A stretch of DNA of 63,410 bases, filler included, from Craspedostauros australis (Eukaryota), in the NCBI GenBank assembly GCA_030167865.1. It is 4 parts of 4 records of this genome, joined end to end, with 100 filler letters (N's around TTAATTAATTAA, not from the genome) between each part and the next. Parts side by side here need not be neighbours in the genome. Positions count along the whole stretch, not along the records: positions 1 to 31,927 come from JALAGF010004788.1; 3 more parts are not named here. The stretch is one strand, 5' to 3'. Positions 11,482-22,789 of this stretch are shown in pieces; position 1 is the stretch's first letter; each line of letters starts with the position of its first letter. Both the position numbers and the translations under genes were made by a program. The notes beneath the pieces are model-generated. The model did not search any database and had not been told where the DNA came from. It was given only the letters and a program-made list of their open reading frames with translations.

Positions 11482-13431
11482 TCATTCTATCCGTGCGCGT
11501 TTGGTGTCCTGCGCCAGATTTCCTTCTTCATTTGCTAGCGCTGTTGACGCTTCTGCTTCTGTCGATGCAGGTTGGGGTGATGGATGATCCGGTTCAAGAT
11601 CTTCCATCGTGCGCTTTCTACTTTGTGTTCCTTCCGCGGGTTGTGGTGTGTCGGTCTTGGTTTCTTCGGATATTTCCATTGACGATGCTGGCTGTTCTTG
11701 CTGCGGTTTCCGCTGCTGCTGTTGAGTGTCAGAATCTGGCTGCCGCGTCTCTGCTTCCGTCACTGCTGGTGCTGATGCCGTAGTCGTTTCCGTTGCCAGA
11801 GGCTCCTTGTCTCCCTTATCTGTTGTTGTTGCTGCCTCTCCCATTGCAGGGGATTCCATCACCACCTTTTCCGAAGCAGAGTTTGGTGCTTCCGTATTAC
11901 CTGTGACAGCAGCGTCTACCATCGGTGTTGTTGCCGTGTCGGCTGCTTTTGCTGCCACTTCCGCTGGTGCAGTCTCATCACTTGCGATATCTTTGTGCTG
12001 TTCCTCAATTGATGGGTCAGTCGAGGTTGCAGCCAAAGGCTCAGTTGCAGACTCCGTTGACGATTTTGCTTGTGCGTCAGTTGTGGATTCGGCTGTGGAT
12101 TCAGCTGGGATCTCCTTGGATTGCTTCGTCTCTTCTTCTACATCCAGCTGAGGTTTCTGCTGAGTCGGTTCTTCTTCAGTTGTTGCTTGTTCAGCTGGTT
12201 TGTCCGATTGTGCCTTTGGTTCATCCTGATTGTCTTCCATCTGTGCAATAGGAGCAGCAGCAGCAGCACTCTCTGCTTCGCATTTCTTTTCCTCGTCTGA
12301 TGGTTGCTGTTCAGGACCCTCCTTTTTCTTGTGTTCGTCCACTTTTTGCTCAGCACTTACACCCTCTGCCCCTTGTTCAGGCTGTTCATGTTGTTGCTGC
12401 GCTGTTTGATCTACATCATTGTCGTTTTCAACTTGCATTTGCTCCGTTGATTTGTGCTCAATCTTCGCCTCCTCTTCTTTCGTTGTGGTTTGTGCTGTCG
12501 GTTCTTGTTCAGCATCACTATTCTCGCTTTCCTTGTGTTCAACAGCTTCGTGTCCAGCAGCTTCCTCCTTGACAGGTTCTTCTTGCTGTTCGTGTTCCAT
12601 CGGTTCAGATTCATCCACAGTGACTGCTTCAGGAGGGTTCTGTGCAGCGGCTTCTTTTTCGCTGTCCTGCTGCTCCTCAGCCTTTGGTTCAGCAACTTCT
12701 TCCTTCGCAACTTGGTCGGATGATGTCTGCTGCACTTCCTCTTTCAGCATCGCTTGAGATTGTTGCTGCTGTTGGTTCGGCTGTTGCGCAGCAGGAACAT
12801 TGGACTCCGATGTTGTTTCCAGAGCAGCATCATTCATTGGTTCATCTTTGACCAGTTGCTGCGCCTGTCCAACAGTTGCATCGGCGGCCTCGTCCGCCAT
12901 TGTTTCTGTCGTCTCCATTGCCGATTCATCGGTTGATGGCGTTGCGGTGGCAGCCGAACTGGCCACCACATCCATCTTTGCAGCAGTTGCATCCACAGGT
13001 GGTTCAGCTTCCTTCGCTTTCTCGTCATCACCATCATCATCATCATTGTTGTCATCGTCATCATTGTTGTCATTGCTATCATTATTGTCATTGTCAGTGC
13101 TATCAGGTGGAACTCGCAACGACTTCACAACCTCCTTCCCCACCAAATCGGCCTTGCTCTCATCCTTGCGCCGCTGCGCATCCGAAAGTGCCTCCAAATG
13201 CGCCGCGCGTTCCTTCGGCGTGAGCTCATCGACCGAGATCCAGGTGGGAACCTGGAAGGTGATGTTGGGCCCCGGTGCACGCATGACCTGCACCCATTTC
13301 TTGGCCGGCCCTTCTGGACGATTGCTGCGTCGTGAGGAGGTATTTCGTCCGGTGCTGCCGCGGGATCGTCGCCCTGTGGACGTGTTGCCACGCGGCGTGC
13401 GGGTGCTGCGTTGGCTGCGAGAGAGATACAT
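11482..13431 (-). CDS. Large acidic low-complexity protein with N-terminal BCL7-like motif (putative SWI/SNF accessory subunit)
   Basis: First ATG at 13431 (MYLSRSQR..). An R/S-rich leader is followed by KKWVQV...FQVPTWISV, then ~570 aa of E/Q/A/T-rich disordered sequence ending in KRARIE (NLS-like). Confidence 0.7.
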   Translation of the reverse strand: MYLSRSQRSTRTPRGNTSTGRRSRGSTGRNTSSRRSNRPEGPAKKWVQVMRAPGPNITFQVPTWISVDELTPKERAAHLEALSDAQRRKDESKADLVGKEVVKSLRVPPDSTDNDNNDSNDNNDDDDNNDDDDGDDEKAKEAEPPVDATAAKMDVVASSAATATPSTDESAMETTETMADEAADATVGQAQQLVKDEPMNDAALETTSESNVPAAQQPNQQQQQSQAMLKEEVQQTSSDQVAKEEVAEPKAEEQQDSEKEAAAQNPPEAVTVDESEPMEHEQQEEPVKEEAAGHEAVEHKESENSDAEQEPTAQTTTKEEEAKIEHKSTEQMQVENDNDVDQTAQQQHEQPEQGAEGVSAEQKVDEHKKKEGPEQQPSDEEKKCEAESAAAAAPIAQMEDNQDEPKAQSDKPAEQATTEEEPTQQKPQLDVEEETKQSKEIPAESTAESTTDAQAKSSTESATEPLAATSTDPSIEEQHKDIASDETAPAEVAAKAADTATTPMVDAAVTGNTEAPNSASEKVVMESPAMGEAATTTDKGDKEPLATETTTASAPAVTEAETRQPDSDTQQQQRKPQQEQPASSMEISEETKTDTPQPAEGTQSRKRTMEDLEPDHPSPQPASTEAEASTALANEEGNLAQDTKRARIE

Positions 13432-14685
13432 CGGATGGATGTTTGGTTGTCCCAAGAGTGGAGATGGTGGCGATGGTGGTGGTGATGCGTTTGATGTGGA
13501 TGATGTGGATGATGGTGGGAGCACATGTGATGACACCAACGATCACGAAGGCGAAAATGGACCCGCTGCGTTGCTGTGTTCTGGCCAAACGGAGGTCGCC
13601 GTTGTTGTCCTTGTGAGTGCGGAGAATCACCCACAAAATTGAGTCCCCCGAGTTTTTGGCGGGAAGTGGTCACCAAAAAATGTGTGTCCGCTGTTCTTCC
13701 GTTTGTGTGGATTTTGCTCCACTTCCCATGACTGGTTGGTTGTGGCCGTCGTTCGGGGGATCATCCTTCTCTGGTTGGTGAGTGTTCGCTGTGCCTTTGT
13801 CTGGAGACGCACAGTCCGGGTACTTCCGCACTTCTGTGGCTTGTGCAGAAGATTGGGTCAGGTCATCCTCTGGAGAGGGTCAGATCAGGTAGAGGCCACC
13901 TACCGCTGTCGGTACAGCAACTTGATGGGTGCGGCCCTCCGCTCCCTCTGTCTGGGAGTGAGTACTGTCTGGCTCAGCCCCAGGTAGCCAACATCTCCCG
14001 ACTCGTACCATACGAGAGAGCCATGGTCCTCTATGGGTGTCTGCTGTTGTTGTTGTGCCATGCTCGTGCTTGTGCTTGCGGCTGTGTGTGTGCTGTGATG
14101 TGATGGGCTGTGATGGGCTGGCCCTTTTCTGTTATGAATGTGTGTGATTAATCTTTATCTGAATGAACAGGCTACTCGACGTGACGCTGCTGTTGCTTCT
14201 TCTTGTGTTGGCATGAAGCAGAGCAGCGTCTCCGTTTCAGTCTGGTTTCCTTCATAGTATTGTACTGTACTGTATTGTATTGCATGGTATTGGTTTCTTC
14301 TTCCCTTGTTTCCCTTACTCCCTCGCATGTGCGTTCCGCATTCCGCATGTCATACACCCCTTCGTCCAGTTTCATGGAACGACGAATGCACGCGGGATGA
14401 ATGGTCACATGTGATGGATCAGTCTCCCTTGGTGTTGCCGCACGCCTGGGGTTCCATGGCAGACGGTACCATGTTGCCTGCATGGGCTGTTGCATCATCG
14501 TTCCATCCAATGCATGCATGTGCGCGTGTGTGTGCTTACGATACAAGTACGTGGAGCAAGCATTTGTGTCCCTTCTTTTGTACATCCCGCATGTCGGCCG
14601 ATGGTGGTGGTGCTCACCTCCCTGCGCACGCATCCCTGGGCATCCGCACATGTAACCATGAGTTTTGCCTTCCCAATTGGCCCCT

Positions 14686-16200
14686 TTAGCTCGAAGCAGG
14701 GATAGCACCCGCGGCTGTCGGGTGCATGACTGCTCGTCGTGTTGCATTGACTGCACCACCTGAAGAAGCTGCGACCTCGCTGACGGCGTTGTTGCTTGCA
14801 GCGTAAGTGGGCACAGCGTGCTTGAAGTAACTGGCAGCAGAGCGTTCTGCCTGCTCATGCGATATCTCCAGATCCAACGTGTTTGGGTTGTTGCACACGT
14901 ACTCCATGTTGTTGGTCAACATGCTCATCTGCCCTATCAGCTCCCGGGGTGTGGGCGCGTTGAGGAACATGACGCTCTTTGGCTTTGATTTGAGCTGGTC
15001 AGCGACGATTCTCACTGCCATGCGTTCCTCCGACGAGTCACCGAATGAAATGATGTCGCGTTTGCACTTGTGGTAGCTGGCGCTGTTGGTGTCGGTGTCC
15101 ATGCCGTCGGTGTCAGCATCATGGTCGTTGCTATCATCCGACGTGAAGGAAACGTCAGTCCCGGCAGCGCTGGCACATGAGTTCTCCTCCTTGAGCGCTT
15201 CGTAGATCTCGTTGACCTCGTGCGCGAAGGCAGCGGCCTTCCAGCAGAGGGGCTGACCGGGGTAGAAGCGCTCGTATCTGGTTCGTGCGGACACGACTCT
15301 GTATTGCTCCATGACTTTGACAAGGTAAGGCACGTAGCGCTCGGCGGAGAACGGCACCCAGCCTTCATCAGAGTTGGTTATTATGATGACCTCCCCGTGC
15401 TTGGAGGCTTCCGCCAGGAACGCTTCCGCGCAACGTCCAAGTTCGTTGAGAATGTTTTGGAACTGCAGGTGGAATCACATTCATCATGGATATGTGGTGG
15501 GTTTGGTCGCGGAGTGTTGTGGTTGTGATTGTGTGCGAGCAATGGTGTGCGAGTGTGGCGTCCGAACGATCAGTGGGATGGATGCGAGACGTGCCCAGGT
15601 GGAGCATATGTAAGTTTGGATGTGTGTCAATGTCCAAGCGTTCATGTAACGTTCAAGCGTTGATGTGTTGTTGATGGATTGTTCATACAATGGTTGGGTT
15701 GCGTTTGTACAATCAGTGTTTGTGTAGGTGGAAGATGTCCAGCGTGTGGAACATTGTGCGGAGCATTGTGTGGAGTATGGAGCAATCAGAAGATCGATCG
15801 AATGAACATGGTGCGTAGATCGCACGAGTGTTGATAGATGCGTCAGCGGGATGGAGGAACGGGAGGAGGAATCGGATGGAGAGGATAGACGTGTGAGCGA
15901 CGGTGAAGAGTTGGTATAGTAATCGCATGCCAATCGCATGCTGATTGCATGAGGGTGCTGGTGATGCGTTGACTGGAAGTGCACAGCAACATGCCCTCCT
16001 GCCCATTGCTTGGGATGCACCCCCGAATCGCACTACGCTGCGCTGTGCGCTCGCAGATGACTCACATGAAGCGGGAAGTCGCGGAAGGTCTCAATCTGCC
16101 ACCGATCCACGAAGGTGGAAGGCAGGATGGTATCATCCCAATCGATGATGATGATCTTGTGGTTGCTGCCGTCGACGGCTGGGGGAGTGGAAGCAAACAT
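14686..16200 (-). CDS. HAD-superfamily protein of a protist-conserved family; 2 exons (16200-16066, 15462-14686)
   Basis: Exon 1 translates MFASTPPAVDGSNHKIIIIDWDDTILPST (HAD motif I). Exon 2 has VIIITNSDEGWV (II), WKAAAF (III) and IISFGDSSEE (IV). GTGAG donor at 16065 and CTGCAG acceptor at 15463, phase 0. Confidence 0.85.
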
Positions 16201-17756
16201 GGCGTGCGGTTGCAGAGTGTGTGGGGTAGGTAGTTGCGCAGAGTAGAGCAGAGCAACGTAGAGCAGAGCAAAGTAGAGCAGAGGATGATGCTTCGGATTG
16301 TATGAATTGTGATCGGAAGGTGGGATCCCTGTTCTTCCTCTCCGTTCTGCAGCTTCTCTTCTTTTCTTTCTCGGCTGCTGCTGTTGTTGTTGTTCTCTCT
16401 TGTGGCTCCTCTGTTGTTGTGGGTGGTTGTCTGTGTTCTGCAGCGCTGAACCCGTATTGTGGGTATTCTCGATGGCGTCGGCCGATTTGTCTGTGTTGTG
16501 GTTGTTGCTGATTTCTGGGTGTTGCCGTCGCTATCTCGTTCTCGCTGAGGAATTTTCCCAAGTCGGGGGACCAAAACACGCAATGCGAGAAAGCATGGGC
16601 TGCGATACGCTTTTGAAATGTGGAGAGGTCGTGGCTATTTTGTCAATCAAAACCAAAAAGGCAAACAACTGCTGCCAACAATCGTGGTCAGTGTGTGCCA
16701 AATTCTTCGCAGTGAGCCATGTGGGACGATCGTGATGGCGCTCCTTCTGCCTTGTGCCATTGTTTTTGTTTGCGTTGTTGTTGCTGCCGTTTCTGCTGCC
16801 ACCAAGGCCTCGGAAATTCCCATTCTTGTTGGTGGATGTCTCCACACACACAAACGGCACGTGTCATGGCGTTGTCACACGGCAAAATGGGAGACATCAC
16901 ATTTTTCTGGCGAACTTCTCCTCACTCGCGCATTTGTTGTGTTTAGAGCAGCCTGTCCGCATCTATTTATGTCGTAAATTTTGGTTGGAGGTCGCAGGCG
17001 GGTCTTCCTCCTATGTACCATCCAATGAATTTTCCGTTCACCGTGGAAACATCCGACGAAGCCACCCGCTCGTCATTCATGTGCATCGTGGAGACTCCAT
17101 GTGAGCAACAAATTTGGCGCCCTTGGCATTCGGGACTTGGCGTGTCAGTTCGTTCCAAGATCCATTCGAAAGTGTCGTGGCGCCACGAATGTCCGCAACG
17201 ATGACACAAGATGCCAATGCGAATCTATGTTACACTTGTAGACTGCGATGCAATTCACATGGGCAAGGCTATCATAGGGGGATAGATACATCGACCGGAG
17301 AAACACGTTTTGGATTTGGGATCTGTTCTCGATCGTGTCGGTGTCAACAACTCCCTTTGTTGGTGTGGGTAGATCTACTGTGCGAAACCAACACAGCACA
17401 ACATACGCAGTGGCGCAACTCAATGCATTCGACTGCTTGTGGGCATCAAGTATGCACAGTTGGAGAGGACAATCCCACACGCCATCCGCTGAAGTCACTG
17501 CGTTCAAGGCTGTTCCACGTCCATCGATGCAACCTCGAGCAACAAACAAATGAGATCCACGCCCTCGCTCACCAACTCCGTCTCCATCTCCGTCCATTTC
17601 TGCTGTTGCATTGCCCTCCTCCTGCAACTCCGTTCCCCAAATCCCATCGTCCCTTCCGTGTACAGCTTCCAACCAATCCCATCGTCACTGCCGTCCCTGT
17701 CGTCACCATCGTCACCATCACCGTCGTTGTCGCACCACCACCGCCACAGAACAACA

Positions 17757-18673
17757 ATGAGCGCAGTCGCAGGACGCCGGATCGTGGGAAAGCTCACGCC
17801 CGAAACCTCCGCCTTCCTCATGTGCGACATGCAGGAACGCTTCCAGCCCATCATCCACAACTTCGAAACCGTGGCCAACACCAGCCGGTACCTCACCTCC
17901 GTCGCCAAGACGTTGGGCATCCCCATCGTCATCACGGAGCAGTACTCCAAGGTCTTTGGCAAGACGGTGCCGCAGTGCTTCGCCGAGCCGGAAGATCTCA
18001 AGACAATCCCCACCTTTGAGAAGAAGAAGTTCTCCATGTGCACGGAAGAATTCAACGCGCATATCAAGACGTTGGACCGGGACAACTTTGTGCTGTTTGG
18101 CATTGAATCGCATGTGTGCGTTCAGCAGACGGCGTTGGATCTGCTGGAGGAAGGTGAGTTCGTTGGCAATGTCATCGCGTGCTGTACCACATACTCGTAC
18201 AGTGTTGGTATTATGGCACACCACGAATGCTGTTGCGCGCTTGCGCAAGCACACGCTGTTGCTATCCTCGATGGAGAGGCAAGAATAATTGATTTCTTGG
18301 CAAGCACGCTCACAGGGCTATGCACATCAACTTTCATCGTCTCGATCTATTTGCTCTATTCGTCTTGCTTCCCATTCATTCATTCATTCATTCATTCATT
18401 CACCCATTCATTCTCATTGTCGCAGGCAAACACGTTCATGTCATTGCGGACGGCGTGAGCAGCCAAAGCCCGTACGATCGTGAAATCGCGCTGCAGCGCA
18501 TGGTTCAGGCCGGTGCCTTCCTCACCACGTCCCAATCCGTCGCCTTCATGCTGATGCAAACTGCCGGTCATGAGAATTTCAAGCCCATCAGCAAGCTCAC
18601 TGTGGAGCACATGAAGCTCACCAATTCGTTCGAAGAGCAGATGGCATCCAACAAACGGCCGCGGGAAGAATGA
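17757..18673 (+). CDS. Isochorismatase domain-containing protein (ISOC1/2-like); intron 18154-18425
   Basis: Motifs FLMCDMQERF, VITEQYSKVFGKTV, KKKFSM, GIESHVCVQQTALDL, HVIADGVSS and GAFLTTSQS. The G|GTGAGT...GCAG|GC splice restores the frame. Confidence 0.93.
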
Positions 18674-18858
18674 CAGCAGCGTACCAGCCAGAATGGAATG
18701 GAAACAGTGGAGATGACGCTTGTACCATATGTAGGCATTGCCTGCACACTCTTCTCAACGCTATTCAACTCCAGGAGCATTCGATCCAAGTGTCCTTTAT
18801 TTGATTTGGATATTCTATGGTTGATGTGTTGTGTCGTCTCGTCTCGTGTGTTGTTGTA

Positions 18859-20028
18859 TCATGCGGGGCATGATTCTGATGGATCTGCGACCATCGCTGA
18901 GTCTTTGGTCGATGTACCATCAGCAGCATCTTCTGCCACCTCCAACTCCTCCAACATTACAACTTTAGATCTCTTGCGATACTGCGACAAGTTGGGTTCA
19001 AACACGCAGTAGATCGTTGGATATTCCATGATGGTCTTGCCAGAAAGTCCTGTGCGCAGGCTGCCTTTGATCTCGTCGTACTCTGGTTCGTTTGCTGGAC
19101 TCGGTATCTTGCGGACAAAGAAATGATACTGCTTGTTGCAAGTGGTTTCGTTGGCATTGTCGCTGGTGCTGTCCATCATGGATGAAGGAGCGTCCTTGCT
19201 TGGATGTTCAACTTCGTCTTCACCCTTGAGCAACGATCGAACCACGGCATTCAGATCCGGTTCATCTTCCGATACCTGCACAGTCCTTTGCTTCTGCTTT
19301 TGCTTCGGCTTCTGTTGAAGTTGATATTGTTGCGCCGTTCCATCTGTTGGTTCAGCGTGTGCGATCTCACCGGCCGTGTCACTTGAACAGTCCACGATAA
19401 ACTCAACCGTCCACGTGATGACATCAGTCTTTCCCTTGCACCATGATTTGTTGGCAATATGCCGCGTCATGAACGGTGGTAGCAGCTGAACCGTGATGCC
19501 GCGTTCGCTTGCCTTTTGACAGAACCGTCGCCACTTTTGATTACTGCGATTCTGCTTGCTGTTGCGATGTCGAACGGGAGCAGCCTCGTCGACACTGTTG
19601 GGACGTCTGCGTTTGGTGCGAGACACCTGATTGAGGACGTCCTCCAGGAAGAAGTAATCGCTGCGCATGGTGGAATCGTCCATCCGATTCAGCTGTCGAA
19701 AGGAGGTCCGATCGCGCTTGCCGGTGCAACCGGTCCGTGCTTTGTGCCCCACGCAACACTGCAAGGAGCATGTTCGGACTTCGCAACGAGGGCAGGCGTA
19801 GATGGCCTTGATCTTGGAGCACTCTTGGCACAGCGTCATGGAAATTGAAGATTCCTCTTCATCCTCATCGTCACGATGATGATCATCGCCATCGGTAGCG
19901 GCGTTGTCAATGGTGTTGGCATTCTCGACAGTACTATCCATTCTGGCGTCTGCACAGGCGCTCTCGGTTTGATGTGTCTGCAGCTTGTTGGTTGCAACCT
20001 GGCGTTGCGTTTCCATCTCCATCTCCAT
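18859..20028 (-). CDS. BCD1: Box C/D snoRNA assembly factor BCD1/ZNHIT6 (zf-HIT)
   Basis: HIT zinc finger CQEC...YACPRCEVRTCSLQCCVGHKARTGCTGKRDRT, plus SDYFFLEDV, LLPPFMTRHIANKS, ITWTVEF and LSGKTIMEYPTI. Confidence 0.9.
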   Translation of the reverse strand: MEMEMETQRQVATNKLQTHQTESACADARMDSTVENANTIDNAATDGDDHHRDDEDEEESSISMTLCQECSKIKAIYACPRCEVRTCSLQCCVGHKARTGCTGKRDRTSFRQLNRMDDSTMRSDYFFLEDVLNQVSRTKRRRPNSVDEAAPVRHRNSKQNRSNQKWRRFCQKASERGITVQLLPPFMTRHIANKSWCKGKTDVITWTVEFIVDCSSDTAGEIAHAEPTDGTAQQYQLQQKPKQKQKQRTVQVSEDEPDLNAVVRSLLKGEDEVEHPSKDAPSSMMDSTSDNANETTCNKQYHFFVRKIPSPANEPEYDEIKGSLRTGLSGKTIMEYPTIYCVFEPNLSQYRKRSKVVMLEELEVAEDAADGTSTKDSAMVADPSESCPA

Positions 20029-20587
20029 CTTCGAGGGCTGCACCGTGATGTATGGCAAAAGTACGTGGATGGTGCTGCACAAGTCAGCGGAGCAGGTACG
20101 TGATCATGTTTCTGTTCTGTTTTGGTTGCGAGATCGTTTGCCGGATTGGTTGGTGGTGATGGATGCGGGAGTTGCGGCAGAACCGAATCTCGAAGCTGCG
20201 GTAATGATCCAAAAGTCAAACATTCCCCAACTCCAGCGAGGAACAATTGCATCTGGAGGGAAATTCTGCACAAGACACTTCGCTTTGTTTGCTGTTCAAT
20301 GGACCGACAGAGGAGAATGGACAACAGCGCAGTGCGAAGTAGAGTAGCTCGCACTGTACCATACTACACGTAACTGTAACATGTTGCATGCTTACTTGCT
20401 GATCCTCTCTATGGCTCAGCGATTGTTGCAAGCAGTATCTGTTCTTCTCTTGCGTTGTTACGTACAAGTATGTCAAACATCAATATTCATGCGCTGCTCC
20501 CAAGTGCATCAAGATGATCTCAGTTGCGCTGTGTCTCAGGACATTCCACCTCCATGTTTTCACTCTGCTTCTTCTGCTCCACAACCT

Positions 20588-21244
20588 TCATCCATGCGTG
20601 AGCGGACCGACCTGCCGCTTGCGCGCCGAACGGCTCAACGCGACGTCGAAGTCACTCATTCCCGCTTCCGCGGGCACCTTGCCGCTGTTGGCCGCATCAT
20701 CGGAACCTACGAGATCCTGCGGAGTTTGCATGGCCGTTGGGAGCGGGGAGATGGAGTTGGGGAACTGGCTGAACGTGCCGCTCCCAATCTGTTGCGTGAA
20801 GGCATCCAGCTGCGCCATGGGATCCTCCGTTTTGGTCTTGATGTTGGCATTGTCAGCACTGTCTTCTTCAGCCAATGCTGGCCTTGTGTACCCTCCAAAC
20901 ATGGCCGAGGCCGTCGCCAAACCAGAAAAGATCATGCGGCGGCGGTCAATCTCATGATGCGATGCGATATCGACGGCGTCATCATTCTGCTGGATCCTGC
21001 GGCGCATCAGATCGCTTCGTGCGAAAGATTGGCTTGATCGCCATGCGGCAACGCGTCCTGAATGCATTTTCGATGTTGGCGCTCTTGGTACTGCCCTGAT
21101 GGCACCGCACGGATGCTGGGAAGCCACGCGGACAAACGCTTCGCAAGGCGGAAGACTAGTTGCCAGAAGGAAGGACGCCATCACGGCCGCGAGGATCATC
21201 CTTGGTGTCCGCATCTTCAACCCGCTGCTTCTGTCCATCGTCAT
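20588..21244 (-). CDS. Hypothetical plastid protein, probably thylakoid lumen
   Basis: Signal peptide ending CEA|FV (ASAFAP-like), then a transit peptide, then a twin-arginine segment RRRMIFSGLATASAMFGG..PALA (AxA cleavage). The short mature part has no recognised domain. Confidence 0.7.
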   Translation of the reverse strand: MTMDRSSGLKMRTPRMILAAVMASFLLATSLPPCEAFVRVASQHPCGAIRAVPRAPTSKMHSGRVAAWRSSQSFARSDLMRRRIQQNDDAVDIASHHEIDRRRMIFSGLATASAMFGGYTRPALAEEDSADNANIKTKTEDPMAQLDAFTQQIGSGTFSQFPNSISPLPTAMQTPQDLVGSDDAANSGKVPAEAGMSDFDVALSRSARKRQVGPLTHG

Positions 21245-21868
21245 TGTTGTATCTGTGGTGGGCTGCGCTGTGTTTTGGTCGTGTGCTTTGCTTTGTTGCG
21301 ATTCGGCTGGTGCGAGGCGAAGGCTGGCGAATAAATTGCTCGCTTTCTATTGAGGCTTGCGTGTGATTGTGAGGATTGGGAAGCTGCAGAGGAAGGGGAA
21401 GGAAGTTGGAGGGGTTCTTCCCCTTGATGCGATGGATGTTCGTGGAAGTCAGAATCCAGCTCACAGAACAATTCTGATTCCGTTCCTCCTTGTGGTTGAG
21501 TTGTATCCTCTTGATTGACACCAGATGTTGGCAGCGCGTTTGGTGGTGGAGAGTGGACGTTGATCGGAGGGTCCTCATTGAAAGAGTGTTCGTCGTTTAG
21601 GGTGTCCTCCTTCTTTGGTATGTCCGTCTTCGTGCCGCTTCGTCATGTCAGATGTTGGCAAGAAGCGATAGAGTTGTCACAAAGATACCAACGTCACACA
21701 CATCAACGACGCACAACACCCAACGGAACAACAACAAAGGTTGCTGCCACCGCCATCGCCATCGCCACCGCCATCGCCATGAACAGACATACTCGTAACA
21801 AACCAAGTCGAAGCCAGTATTGCCAAGCACCTTCAATCACGAGCTCTCGTACTCACAAAACAACGACA

Positions 21869-22477
21869 ATGAAGCGCACCCTGCTGGTTCTTCAGCTCGC
21901 ACTTTCAGCCTTGTGCATCATCCCATCATGCAGCTTCGTTCCCATTGCTGATCGCGGCAATCATCGGTTATTTGAGCGACCCACCACCGCATTGTCCCAT
22001 TTCAGCAGCATGGTTAACAGCAACGGCAACAGCAACAACGTCGGAAATGACTACGACAGCAGCGCAACCGCCATCGGTGACAGACGGGATGCCATCCGGA
22101 AGGTTCTCGCAAGTTCGGCCATCGCTGCATTCTGCACATGCTTGCATCCCACAGCTGCCATAGCCAGCATCGACGTGAACAATGCTCTGGCACGCGAGTA
22201 CACGGCATTCCCCGGCCTCTACCCCACAATCGCGACGAAGATCGTCAACGCCGCCAAGAACGAGGAATTCCAATCCAAGCAGCAGGTGTATGACATCCTC
22301 AACGAACTGGAGCAGGACCGACTGCGGCAGTACGACGCTGCCATCGTCATCGCGCCGCTCGACAAGAACGTGCAGCAATTCAAGACGAGCCAGATTTGCA
22401 AGTACGAATGCGGCGGCCGGGTGAGCTCAAACTTTCGCGATGAGCAGATCAAGGCGATTCAGACGGATAGGCGATGA
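21869..22477 (+). CDS. PsbU-like (photosystem II 12 kDa extrinsic protein) paralogue, lumen-targeted
   Basis: Signal peptide (..SCS|FVP), transit peptide and RRDAIRKVLA..AAIA Tat signal. The mature part IDVNNALAREYTAFPGLYPTIATKIV matches the PsbU core, but the C-terminus is non-canonical. Confidence 0.8.
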   Translation: MKRTLLVLQLALSALCIIPSCSFVPIADRGNHRLFERPTTALSHFSSMVNSNGNSNNVGNDYDSSATAIGDRRDAIRKVLASSAIAAFCTCLHPTAAIASIDVNNALAREYTAFPGLYPTIATKIVNAAKNEEFQSKQQVYDILNELEQDRLRQYDAAIVIAPLDKNVQQFKTSQICKYECGGRVSSNFRDEQIKAIQTDRR

Positions 22478-22789
22478 TTGGATTTGGGCGCTCAGATGCG
22501 TGTTGAACGGAGCGGCGCGCTCACAGAGTGATACAAACAGAGTCGAAAGGTTCATGTATGCACCTTTGCGAGCGAAGAGCGGTGCGGTCCCTCCAGGATT
22601 CTGTGATTTTGGACCTTGGATTTAGATGAACCTTGGCTCATATACACTTTAACATGCTTAGATTCATAATCCGAGATTGTAGCTTCAGGGGGCCTTGATT
22701 GTAAAGTTATGAGGTGATAAAGTTGGGCAGGCTACCTCTAATGGAGCCCGTTACTACTAAAACGACGAACCAAATCAACTTGTGCTCAC

